From positions 2,286 to 66,285 of the forward strand of contig MGBO01000014.1 in NCBI GenBank assembly GCA_001788295.1: a DNA stretch of 64,000 nt. The letters are read 5' to 3'. Positions 36,477-44,825 of this stretch are shown piece after piece. Under the pieces are notes generated by a model. That model was not told the DNA's origin, ran no database searches, and worked only from the letters and a program-made list of their open reading frames with translations. How positions within the stretch are numbered: position 1 is the first letter of the stretch; every line of letters begins with the position of its first letter. The DNA comes from Candidatus Roizmanbacteria bacterium RIFOXYC1_FULL_41_16. Lineage in GTDB: Bacteria > Patescibacteriota > Microgenomatia > UBA1406. Made by a program: the position numbers and the translations under genes.

Positions 36477-37309
36477 TGCTAAAAGTGCTGATGACCGGTG
36501 CTTCCGGACTTGTGGGAGCTCGTGTCAAAGAACTTTTAAAGACGGATTTTACCTGGCTAACACCCAGCTCCCAAGAACTGGATATTACTGACAAAGACAA
36601 AACACTTGCCTTTGTGCAATCACACGATTTCGATTGCTTCCTGCATCTGGCGGCCTATACCAATGTGGATCAGGCAGAAATTGAGCATGACTACTGTCGG
36701 AAAATCAATGTTGAAGGCACGGCTAATACTTTCCGAGCGGCCAGCTCAGTTCACAAACCCTATATTCTAATTTCAACTGATTTTGTTTTCGACGGCACGC
36801 TTACCCAATACAACGAAAGCTCAATTCCCAAACCTATAAGTTATTATGGTCAAACCAAATTCGAAGCCGAGCAATTGGTAAAAAATCAGGCGATGATTGT
36901 CAGGCTTAGCTATCCCTACGGCAACAGCCCGGCTCCAAAACCGGATTTTGTCAGAACCATTCTTAAATTTCTAAAACAGGGCCAGTCGGTGCAAGGAATT
37001 ACTGATTTGATTTTTACTCCCACTTTTTTAGACGACATCGCTTTTGGTTTAAAATATCTGATTAATCATTTCCAGCCATTGATCTATCATTTGGTTGGTT
37101 CGGAATCTCTTTCGCCATACGAGGCTTTTATCAGGATCGCCGATACTTTTGCTCAGGATAAAAATCTGGTTAAACCAACTACTTATGAACAGTATTTTCT
37201 AAACAAAGCTCCCCGACCCAAAAATGCCAAAATGACCACTCTCTATCAGTTTTACCAAACTCACGATTTCAGCCATGGTCTGTCACTTGTGAAAGAGTAT
37301 TCAAGCTGA
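36476..37309 (+). CDS. rmlD: dTDP-4-dehydrorhamnose reductase-like SDR (RmlD family)
   Basis: LMTGASGLVGARV, STDFVFDG and YGQTKFEAE; 277 aa. Confidence 0.8.
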   Translation: MLKVLMTGASGLVGARVKELLKTDFTWLTPSSQELDITDKDKTLAFVQSHDFDCFLHLAAYTNVDQAEIEHDYCRKINVEGTANTFRAASSVHKPYILISTDFVFDGTLTQYNESSIPKPISYYGQTKFEAEQLVKNQAMIVRLSYPYGNSPAPKPDFVRTILKFLKQGQSVQGITDLIFTPTFLDDIAFGLKYLINHFQPLIYHLVGSESLSPYEAFIRIADTFAQDKNLVKPTTYEQYFLNKAPRPKNAKMTTLYQFYQTHDFSHGLSLVKEYSS

Positions 37310-37323
37310 TAACATATATTCCT

Positions 37324-38622
37324 ATGACAATTACTTTTATCGGTCATGGTTATGTCGGCCTGGTCACTGCTTGTGTTTTTGCCGATTTTGGCAACAAAGT
37401 CTGGGTGGTTGGCCGATCACCGGATAAAATCAAAAAATTGCAATCCGGCGATCCCTTAATTTACGAGCCAGGCCTAAAAGAAATGCTTCAGAAAAATCTG
37501 ACTGCCGATCGGCTGCATTTTACTTTATCTTATGAAAAAGCCATTGCCGAAAGCGACATTGTTTTTATTGCCGTTGGCACACCTCCAAAAGAAAATGGTG
37601 AGGCCGACTTATCTATGGTTCTCTCGGTGGCTGAAAAAATTGGCCGTCATCTCGCCAACAGGTTAACTGTAGTTTCCTGTAAAAGTACGGTTCCAGTTGG
37701 CACCAACGCCAAAATCAAGGCGGTAATTGACAAAATCAAACCTCAAAAAGCACAAGTTGAGGTCGCCTCTTGCCCGGAATTTTTACGCGAGGGCACGGCT
37801 CTTAACGATACCATCAATCCGGATCGCGTGGTCATCGGCTCTAATTCCAAACAAGCGATCAGCAAATTATTAGAATTACATCAACCATTGCCAGGAGAAA
37901 GAGTGATCACCGATCTGTCTTCGGCCGAACTAATCAAATACACGGCTAATGCCATGCTGGCAAACAAGATCTCTTTTGCCAATTTAATCGCCTTTTATTG
38001 TGAAAAAGTCGGGGCCGATGTTGAGGCAGTTCTAGATGCAGTGGGACTGGACAAACGAATCGGCCGGATTTTTATGAATCCCGGAGTCGGTTATGGCGGT
38101 TCCTGTTTTCCCAAAGACGTTAAGGCCCTGATCAAAATCGGAGAACAGCTAGGCGTGGATCCTTTATTTTTGGAAACGGTGGAAAAAATTAATCTTCAAG
38201 CCAAACAAAGTTTTGTTAACAAAATTGTCAAACATAGTCCGGGAAAACACCTGGCTGTTTGGGGCTTGAGTTTCAAGGCCAATACCGATGACATTCGTGA
38301 AGCTCCTTCTCTTTTTATTATTAATGAATTGCTCAATCAGGGCTTTACCATTACTGCCTTTGATCCAGTTGCGCAGAAAAATACTCGGGCTATTCTGGGC
38401 GATAAAATTAATTATGCCGAAAGTCCTTATCAAGCCTTATCCAAAGCCGATGCTTTGGTGATTATTACTGAATGGAATGAATTTAAACACGCAGACTTAA
38501 TTAAGGTCAAGAAACTTCTCAAACAACCGGTAATTTTTGACGGCCGCAATATTTATAACCCTCAAATATTAAAAAAATTAGGTTTCCGTTATTATTCGGT
38601 TGGCCGAAACAGTACCGTTTAA
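37324..38622 (+). CDS. ugd: UDP-glucose 6-dehydrogenase
   Basis: ITFIGHGYVGLVTA, catalytic GGSCFPKD and a C-terminal UDP-binding domain; 432 aa. Confidence 0.9.
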   Translation: MTITFIGHGYVGLVTACVFADFGNKVWVVGRSPDKIKKLQSGDPLIYEPGLKEMLQKNLTADRLHFTLSYEKAIAESDIVFIAVGTPPKENGEADLSMVLSVAEKIGRHLANRLTVVSCKSTVPVGTNAKIKAVIDKIKPQKAQVEVASCPEFLREGTALNDTINPDRVVIGSNSKQAISKLLELHQPLPGERVITDLSSAELIKYTANAMLANKISFANLIAFYCEKVGADVEAVLDAVGLDKRIGRIFMNPGVGYGGSCFPKDVKALIKIGEQLGVDPLFLETVEKINLQAKQSFVNKIVKHSPGKHLAVWGLSFKANTDDIREAPSLFIINELLNQGFTITAFDPVAQKNTRAILGDKINYAESPYQALSKADALVIITEWNEFKHADLIKVKKLLKQPVIFDGRNIYNPQILKKLGFRYYSVGRNSTV

Positions 38623-38627
38623 AAAAT

Positions 38628-39581
38628 ATGAAAATAGTGGTTGCCGGCGGCGCCGGTTTTATTGGTTCTCATCTTTGTGAGTATTTGCTGACCAAATCAC
38701 ATGAGGTAATTTGTTTGGACAATTTGCTGACCGGTAATAAAAAAAACCTAAAAAACGCTCTCAAATACAAACAATTCCGCTTTATAAAGACAGATGTGAC
38801 TCATAAACTGCCCGAAGATTTGGGCAAAATTGATGCGGTTTTCCATCTGGCTTCACCGGCTTCACCCAATCTTAACAGCCCAATCTCCTATCATACCTTG
38901 GCCATGGAAACGATGTTGGTTAACACTCAGGGGACTTTGAATCTGCTCAATTTGGCTCACTCTAACAAAGCCCGATTTTTGTTTGCCTCAAGCTCAGAAG
39001 TCTATGGTGACCCGCAAGTCAATCCTCAACCGGAAAGTTATCGCGGTAATGTTTCCACTACCGGCCCCCGCTCGGTTTATGACGAAGCCAAACGATTTGG
39101 GGAAACTTTAACCAGCTACTTTGTCCGCAAAAAAAATCTTGACGCTCGTATCGCCCGCATTTTTAATACTTACGGGCCGCGGATTTTGCCGCAAGACGGC
39201 CGCATGTTAACCAATTTTATTCTTCAGGCATTGTCATCCAAACCAATAACTCTTTATGGAAAAGGCGAACAGACCCGTTCTCTATGCTATGTCTCAGATA
39301 CTGTCATGGGTTTAACTAGCTTAATGTTTATTGACAATTTAGCCGGTGAAATTGTTAATATTGGCACGACAAAGGAACATATGGTTAAGGAATATGCAAA
39401 AATGGTTAAAGAACTGACTCATTCAAACAGCCAAATCGTGAGTACTGAAAAGCTGCCGCAAGACGATCCGCTGGTGCGCCGGCCGGATATTAATAAAGCC
39501 AGCACTCTTTTAAACTGGTTTCCCAAAGTCAAATTACCGCAGGGGATTACCGAAACCATTAATTATTACCGTCATGCATAA
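38628..39581 (+). CDS. uxs: UDP-glucuronate decarboxylase (UDP-xylose synthase / ArnA-C-terminal-like SDR)
   Basis: VAGGAGFIGSHL, SSSEVYGDPQVNPQPESYRGNV...YDEAKRFGE and RIFNTYGPR are typical UXS patterns. Confidence 0.8.
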   Translation: MKIVVAGGAGFIGSHLCEYLLTKSHEVICLDNLLTGNKKNLKNALKYKQFRFIKTDVTHKLPEDLGKIDAVFHLASPASPNLNSPISYHTLAMETMLVNTQGTLNLLNLAHSNKARFLFASSSEVYGDPQVNPQPESYRGNVSTTGPRSVYDEAKRFGETLTSYFVRKKNLDARIARIFNTYGPRILPQDGRMLTNFILQALSSKPITLYGKGEQTRSLCYVSDTVMGLTSLMFIDNLAGEIVNIGTTKEHMVKEYAKMVKELTHSNSQIVSTEKLPQDDPLVRRPDINKASTLLNWFPKVKLPQGITETINYYRHA

Positions 39582-40707
39582 AGCAGTTGTGGTTTTGCCT
39601 ACCTATAACGAAGCCGGTAATATCGCCAGGGTAGTTGAAGAGATCTTTTCTCTGCAACCAAAGATTAAAACCTGGGAACTGATGGTTTTGGTTGTGGATG
39701 ATTTTTCGCCGGATAATACCGCCGGAATTGTTAAAAAACTGCAATCTAAATACCCGGCCCTCTACTTAATCCAGGGTAAAAAAGAAGGCTTGGGCAAAGC
39801 CTATGTCAGGGGTTTTACTTATGCCATAAGTAAGCTCAAAGCCGATGTCTTGTTTGAAATGGACGCTGATCTACAGCACCCACCTGGATTGATTCCCAAA
39901 TTTTTGGAGCAAATCGATCGGGGCGCGGATTTTGTCATCGGCGCTCGCTACATAAAGGGTGGCGCCATTCCCAAAAATTGGGGATTACACCGCAAGGCCT
40001 TTTCCATACTAGCCAATTTGATCGTCAGACTGGGCTTTATGACTTTAAGAATCCACGACTGGACCAATGGCTATCGTTGTATAAGAACCAGCTTTATTAA
40101 ACAGATTCTGACCCAGCTTGATCCTTACAGTGGCTATCTTTTCCAAATTGCCTTACTTGATAAGGCCCTTAAAAATAATGTTGTCATCAAGGAAATTCCG
40201 ATGAAATTCAGAGACCGCAAAAAAGGAGTTTCCAAAATTCAGTCGCTTGAATTTATCTTAAGTATTTTCTTTTATATTCTTGGAAATTCGTCTTTTATTA
40301 AATATGTGGCTGTCGGTCTGTTTGGATTTGTCGTTGATTTTGGCTTTGCCTATCTTTTTATCTATTTGTTTAATATCAATAAAGTCGCTTCAAATTCCCT
40401 GAGCGCCGAAATTGCCATTATTTTTAATTTTTTATTGAATAATTTCTGGAGCTTTAAGCACAAACAGATTAGTGGGGGGGTGGGGCAATACCTTAAAAAA
40501 TTCGCTTTGTTTAATCTGGTGTCCTCCGGATCAATTGTTATTCAAGGCGTAGGCATGTGGCTTTTGTTGAGCTCTCTTGGCGACAGTGTCTGGACAATTG
40601 TCAACTTTCAAATCAGCTCCTGGATTGTTTATAAGGTTCTCATTATCAGTTTGGTTGTTATTCCTTATTCCTATTTTATGTATAATAAAATCATATGGAA
40701 AAATTAA
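39574..40707 (+). CDS. polyprenyl-phosphate glycosyltransferase (GT2, DPM1/ArnC-like) fused to a C-terminal GtrA-like 4-TM domain
   Basis: VVLPTYNEAGNI, VVDDFSPDNT and EMDADLQHPP. The C-terminal domain has FVVDFGFAYLF...NFLLNNFWSFK (GtrA signature). Confidence 0.85.
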   Translation: MHKAVVVLPTYNEAGNIARVVEEIFSLQPKIKTWELMVLVVDDFSPDNTAGIVKKLQSKYPALYLIQGKKEGLGKAYVRGFTYAISKLKADVLFEMDADLQHPPGLIPKFLEQIDRGADFVIGARYIKGGAIPKNWGLHRKAFSILANLIVRLGFMTLRIHDWTNGYRCIRTSFIKQILTQLDPYSGYLFQIALLDKALKNNVVIKEIPMKFRDRKKGVSKIQSLEFILSIFFYILGNSSFIKYVAVGLFGFVVDFGFAYLFIYLFNINKVASNSLSAEIAIIFNFLLNNFWSFKHKQISGGVGQYLKKFALFNLVSSGSIVIQGVGMWLLLSSLGDSVWTIVNFQISSWIVYKVLIISLVVIPYSYFMYNKIIWKN

Positions 40708-41528
40708 TTAAACTGAGTCTTGCCAGACTCAAAAAAACCCTTCTTAGATACTTTTTGGTGTACGTGTTAGGAGTATTGGCAACATTAGCCATGTTTTTAG
40801 TTTTGGGTTTGGTGGCTGGCTTGTTTTATGGCTTGTTTTTACTTCTGGGAAAAAATCTGATTTTGGCCACGATCTTGATAATTGTTTATGTTTTGATAGC
40901 AATTATTTCTGCTATTTATCTTAGTTCTTGGCTAAGCTTAGCTCAAATATCAACAATCACCAGTGATGAAGTTAAGGACCTGACCGATAGTTTCAAAAAA
41001 ACCCGAGGCCTGGTTTGGCCTTATGTTGGCTTTTTTATGCTTTCATGTCTTTTTGGTTTGGGAATATTTTATTTAAACATCTTGTTGTTTATTCCTCTGT
41101 TTCTCTGGTCGATCTGGGGCGCTTTTTCGATTTTTGCTTTTTTGGACAATCACCGAGGCGGCTTAACTCCGCTTTGGTACAGTAAAGCAAAGATTAAGGG
41201 CCATTTCTGGAAAGTATTTTTATATTATGCGGTCCTGTATTTTGCCTTGATTATTTTGTCTTCCTTGGTAATGCAGGTAGATTCGCAGTACAGTTTTGTC
41301 AACAGCTTGCTCTGGTTTCTTTTTATGCCATTTATGATTGGCTTTAGTTACGAATTGTACCGCTCCTTACCCGAGCCAGAAACAGTGACCAAGCCCAAAA
41401 TTTGGATTGGATTGGCTATTTTAGGATGGCTTTTGTATATAGTGCTACTGAAACAGATTCCATTGGGTAATTGGTGCAACATTGTGAAGCATAAAATTCC
41501 AGCTGTAAACATACAGTGCCGGAAGTAA
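40695..41528 (+). CDS. hypothetical polytopic membrane protein
   Basis: 277 aa with about 6 TM helices. No family was recognised. Its 3' end overlaps the convergent gene by 84 nt. Confidence 0.5.
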   Translation: MEKLIKLSLARLKKTLLRYFLVYVLGVLATLAMFLVLGLVAGLFYGLFLLLGKNLILATILIIVYVLIAIISAIYLSSWLSLAQISTITSDEVKDLTDSFKKTRGLVWPYVGFFMLSCLFGLGIFYLNILLFIPLFLWSIWGAFSIFAFLDNHRGGLTPLWYSKAKIKGHFWKVFLYYAVLYFALIILSSLVMQVDSQYSFVNSLLWFLFMPFMIGFSYELYRSLPEPETVTKPKIWIGLAILGWLLYIVLLKQIPLGNWCNIVKHKIPAVNIQCRK

Positions 41529-42581
41529 AATCACTAATGCCAATAGCCATTTTCGGGATGTAAAAAACTTTTCAAAAGCGACTAAGGCAAAGGGAAGCAT
41601 TGGTAAACTATATCTGGCAATATCTTTGTGTTCAACGCTAATTATTGCCAGAAAATAAACCAGCACAAACCAAAAAACCGGCCTTAAACTGGGTTTTGAC
41701 CACAAATTAAAAAGGGCCAAGAGATAAAACAGGTAAATAAACATAATATCCTCCAGCCAGCCAGTGCCGACCCAAGTGGCGTTTTGATTAAAAACCTGAA
41801 ACGGAGGAAACAATAAATGGATATTGTCGCCTGACTTAAAGTAAGCCCAAAAATCGCCGGTTTGATAATAATAAAAAATAAATAACAATATTAAACTCAA
41901 GGGAATCAGTAAAAGCCAAATTGACTGCCAAACAATTTTCTTTTCTTTAATAAACCGTTCCAGATAATAAGCGCCGTAAGCAAAAAACAGGAGTATTCCA
42001 GGAGAGCGGGTAAATACCGCCAACCCGCCTACCAATGACGCCAGCCAAATTTTCTGTTTCATAAAAAGGAATATTGAAGCCAAAATCAAAAACATAAAAA
42101 TGGTTTCCGGCGCCCCTATCGAACGAACCACAAAAAAACGCGGACTGAAAAACAAGGCCACCAAACTTAACAATAGTGGTTGCCTGGTCAGTTTAAAATG
42201 CTTGAGAAAAGTATAAAACAGACAACCGTACAAAAGACCAAATAAGACTGGCACAGCCAGCATACTTTTGAGATAGCCCAAAATAGGGGAGAACAAACTG
42301 ATTAAAAGCGGATAAAGAGGGAAGTGAGCGGTAAAATACCCTGGTTCCAAGCCCAACGGCGCCTGTTGTAAGAGCACACTCCCAGGATTATACCAGGACT
42401 TAGCGACAATAATATACAGAGCGCCATCCCAGTGCTTGTACAGATCCAACATACTCAGGCCCAATTGCGATTTTAAGTGCCCTATTGATGACCACTTGAG
42501 AATAAACGGCATCCAGAGTATAAATGTGCTTGTTAAGGCCATGAGAGTTATAATAAAATAAGGTTTGATGCGTAACCACAT
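41445..42581 (-). CDS. GT-C-like polytopic membrane glycosyltransferase (PIG-V/GT76- or GT87-like)
   Basis: About 10 TM helices, with HWDGALYIIVAKSWY in the first loop (WD..Y..IA..GY-type motif). Start moved from 42674 to ATG 42581 (MWLRIKPYF...) on promoter spacing and to remove the divergent overlap. Confidence 0.5.
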   Translation of the reverse strand: MWLRIKPYFIITLMALTSTFILWMPFILKWSSIGHLKSQLGLSMLDLYKHWDGALYIIVAKSWYNPGSVLLQQAPLGLEPGYFTAHFPLYPLLISLFSPILGYLKSMLAVPVLFGLLYGCLFYTFLKHFKLTRQPLLLSLVALFFSPRFFVVRSIGAPETIFMFLILASIFLFMKQKIWLASLVGGLAVFTRSPGILLFFAYGAYYLERFIKEKKIVWQSIWLLLIPLSLILLFIFYYYQTGDFWAYFKSGDNIHLLFPPFQVFNQNATWVGTGWLEDIMFIYLFYLLALFNLWSKPSLRPVFWFVLVYFLAIISVEHKDIARYSLPMLPFALVAFEKFFTSRKWLLALVILLPALYVYSWNFMLHNVAPITQWNLFQ

Positions 42582-42588
42582 AAAATCC

Positions 42589-42597
42589 ATTCTAACA
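42589..42597 (-). promoter_or_regulatory. putative extended -10 (TGT-TAGAAT) 8 nt upstream of ATG 42581
   Basis: The minus strand reads TGTTAGAAT-GGATTTT-ATG. Confidence 0.35.
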
Positions 42598-42618
42598 AAA
42601 GCCTTAAATTGGAGCCAG

Positions 42619-42624
42619 CATAAT
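42619..42624 (+). promoter_or_regulatory. putative -10 (CATAAT) 7 nt upstream of ATG 42631
   Basis: CATAAT-AAGGCA-ATG. Confidence 0.3.
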
Positions 42625-42630
42625 AAGGCA

Positions 42631-44082
42631 ATGGTTTTGTTGATGTTTCTGCTGATCTTTTTGCGTCTGCTCAATTTAGAAAGTCACGTCACTTTTCTGG
42701 GCGACCAGGGCCGTGACGCCATCATTATGAAGCGGATTCTGTCACTGGAGCACTTTCCAGCAATCGGCGCCCCGACTTCAATAGGGATGGTTTACTTAGG
42801 GCCGTTTTATTACTATTTTATGGCTCCTTGGTTACTAATTTTTAATTTTAACCCGCTAGGTCCGGCTTTTGGCGTCGCTTTCTTAAGTCTTGTTCTGGGA
42901 TTATTAGCATTGACTATTGTCAACAAACATTTTGGCCGCTTAACTGGATTTTTTTTCTTGTTTCTGCTTACTTTTTCCGCCAGCAATATTTCCTTAGGCC
43001 GTTTTTCCTGGAACCCCAACCTTCTCCCAATTTTCACATTTTACACACTTTATGCCTTCTATCGACTCTTGTCTGATAAGCCATTTACTTCCTTATGGAA
43101 AGATGTTGGCTTCTCTCTTCTTTTTGGCGCCTTATTTTCTTTTTCTCTTCAACTTCATTATCTGGCCGCTTTCCTGTTACCTACTCTTTTGGTCTTTTTC
43201 CTGTATCAAATTAATAAAACAAAACAATTCAAATTACTTTTCATCAGACTACTAGCGGCAATCGCCAGTTTTGGGTTTTTTTCTTTACCCTTGTTGATTT
43301 TTGACCTCCGGCATAATTTTTTAAACAGTCGCAATTTTATTAAACTGTTTAGCCAGGGTGATGTGGCTAGCAATGCCTCGTATATTAGTAAACTGTCAGA
43401 AACGGCCACTGGCTTATTTCAACACACATTTCAAGTTAGTTTCAATGGACTTACGAGCTTAATTTTATTATTACTGCTGTTGTTGGCATTTGTGCGATTT
43501 AGTGGCAAAAAACAGAGTCTTTTTTATTGGCTAATGGTTGTTAATCTAGTTTTTTATATTCTGGGCTTTAGCCTGATGTCAAGCGGCCGTTTTGAACATT
43601 ACTTCGGCCCGGTCTATTTTAGTTTATTCATTACTTTAGGATCTCTATTTGCCGTTAGATTTACCAATTGCTCCCTTTGTCGCAAAATTATTCCGATATT
43701 TGTGATCCTTTACCTTTTGGCTAACTTTGCCAAATTTCGGGTTATTTTCACTCCGGGCGGATATCAAATCAAACAAGCACAATCACTCAGCCGCTTTTTA
43801 TTGGGCAAGATTAGTCAAACTCCATATCAAATCGCTTCCATTCCTTATACGGAAACCCATGGCCAGTATCGTTATTTTTTGGAGATTTTTGACAAAGCGC
43901 CCCTTGAAGAGAATTCAAATGAAACGGCTGAATTGCTTTTTATATTATGCTACCAAAAAGAATGTGATGTTCTTAACGACCCCCAATGGCAGATTGCCGC
44001 TTTTGCCAATAAAAAAGTTGCTAAAATATGGAACATTGAGGGGGTAAAAATTTATAAATTAGAACACCGCCAAGAACCATGA
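42631..44082 (+). CDS. GT-C-like polytopic membrane protein, 'DQGRD' loop-1 motif family
   Basis: About 12 TM helices and a soluble C-terminal domain, with FLGDQGRDAIIMKRI in the first loop. Paralog of 55136..56617. An alternative start at ATG 42568 is possible. Confidence 0.5.
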   Translation: MVLLMFLLIFLRLLNLESHVTFLGDQGRDAIIMKRILSLEHFPAIGAPTSIGMVYLGPFYYYFMAPWLLIFNFNPLGPAFGVAFLSLVLGLLALTIVNKHFGRLTGFFFLFLLTFSASNISLGRFSWNPNLLPIFTFYTLYAFYRLLSDKPFTSLWKDVGFSLLFGALFSFSLQLHYLAAFLLPTLLVFFLYQINKTKQFKLLFIRLLAAIASFGFFSLPLLIFDLRHNFLNSRNFIKLFSQGDVASNASYISKLSETATGLFQHTFQVSFNGLTSLILLLLLLLAFVRFSGKKQSLFYWLMVVNLVFYILGFSLMSSGRFEHYFGPVYFSLFITLGSLFAVRFTNCSLCRKIIPIFVILYLLANFAKFRVIFTPGGYQIKQAQSLSRFLLGKISQTPYQIASIPYTETHGQYRYFLEIFDKAPLEENSNETAELLFILCYQKECDVLNDPQWQIAAFANKKVAKIWNIEGVKIYKLEHRQEP

Positions 44083-44825
44083 CTTTATCGTTGATTTTAC
44101 CCATTTACAATGAAATCAAAAATCTTCAAAAAGGCGTTTTGGATAAGATCATTAACTACGCCAAGAATGACAAACAGATCAAAGAAATTTTGGTGGTAGA
44201 CGACGGCTCAAGTGACGAAAGCGTAAAAATCATTGAGGCAGAGTATGCCGGCAAGTATCCCAAGCTCCGGCTGATCAAAAAAGAACATTCGGGCAAAGCC
44301 CATACAGTGATTGCCGGAATCAAGGCCGCCAAAAGCGACTATGTCTTGTTTTCGGATATTGATCTGGCGACCCCGATTGAAGAGATTGATAAATTAGTCA
44401 AATGCCTACCCGATTATCAGGTAGTGATTGGCTCGCGCTCTTCCCGCCGTGAAGGCGCCCCAATTTTTCGTAAAATAATGGCTTTGGGCATGATTGTTGT
44501 TCGCTCTTATTTTATTGGCTTAAAAAATATCCATGACACCCAGTGCGGTTTTAAGCTGTTTGAAAAAAAAGCGGCGCTAAGAATTATCGACAATCTGCGT
44601 GTTTTTAAAAAAGCCAAAACAATCAAGGGTTCGTCGGTGAGCGCCGGCTTTGATCTGGAGTTTTTGTATATTGCCCAACAGCTGGGTTATCGGATCAAAG
44701 AAATTCCCGTTGTCTGGCGCCATGTCGAAACTAAAAACGTCAATTTTGTCAAGGATTCATTAGAATCGATTCGGGATATTTTAAAAATCAAGTGGTTTAC
44801 TCTTCTTAAGCGCTATGATTTTTAA
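44079..44825 (+). CDS. GT2 polyprenyl-phosphate beta-glycosyltransferase (ALG5/DPG-synthase-like, no TM)
   Basis: LSLILPIYNE, VVDDGSSDES, SDIDLATPIEE and DTQCGFKLF. Confidence 0.8.
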   Translation: MTLSLILPIYNEIKNLQKGVLDKIINYAKNDKQIKEILVVDDGSSDESVKIIEAEYAGKYPKLRLIKKEHSGKAHTVIAGIKAAKSDYVLFSDIDLATPIEEIDKLVKCLPDYQVVIGSRSSRREGAPIFRKIMALGMIVVRSYFIGLKNIHDTQCGFKLFEKKAALRIIDNLRVFKKAKTIKGSSVSAGFDLEFLYIAQQLGYRIKEIPVVWRHVETKNVNFVKDSLESIRDILKIKWFTLLKRYDF

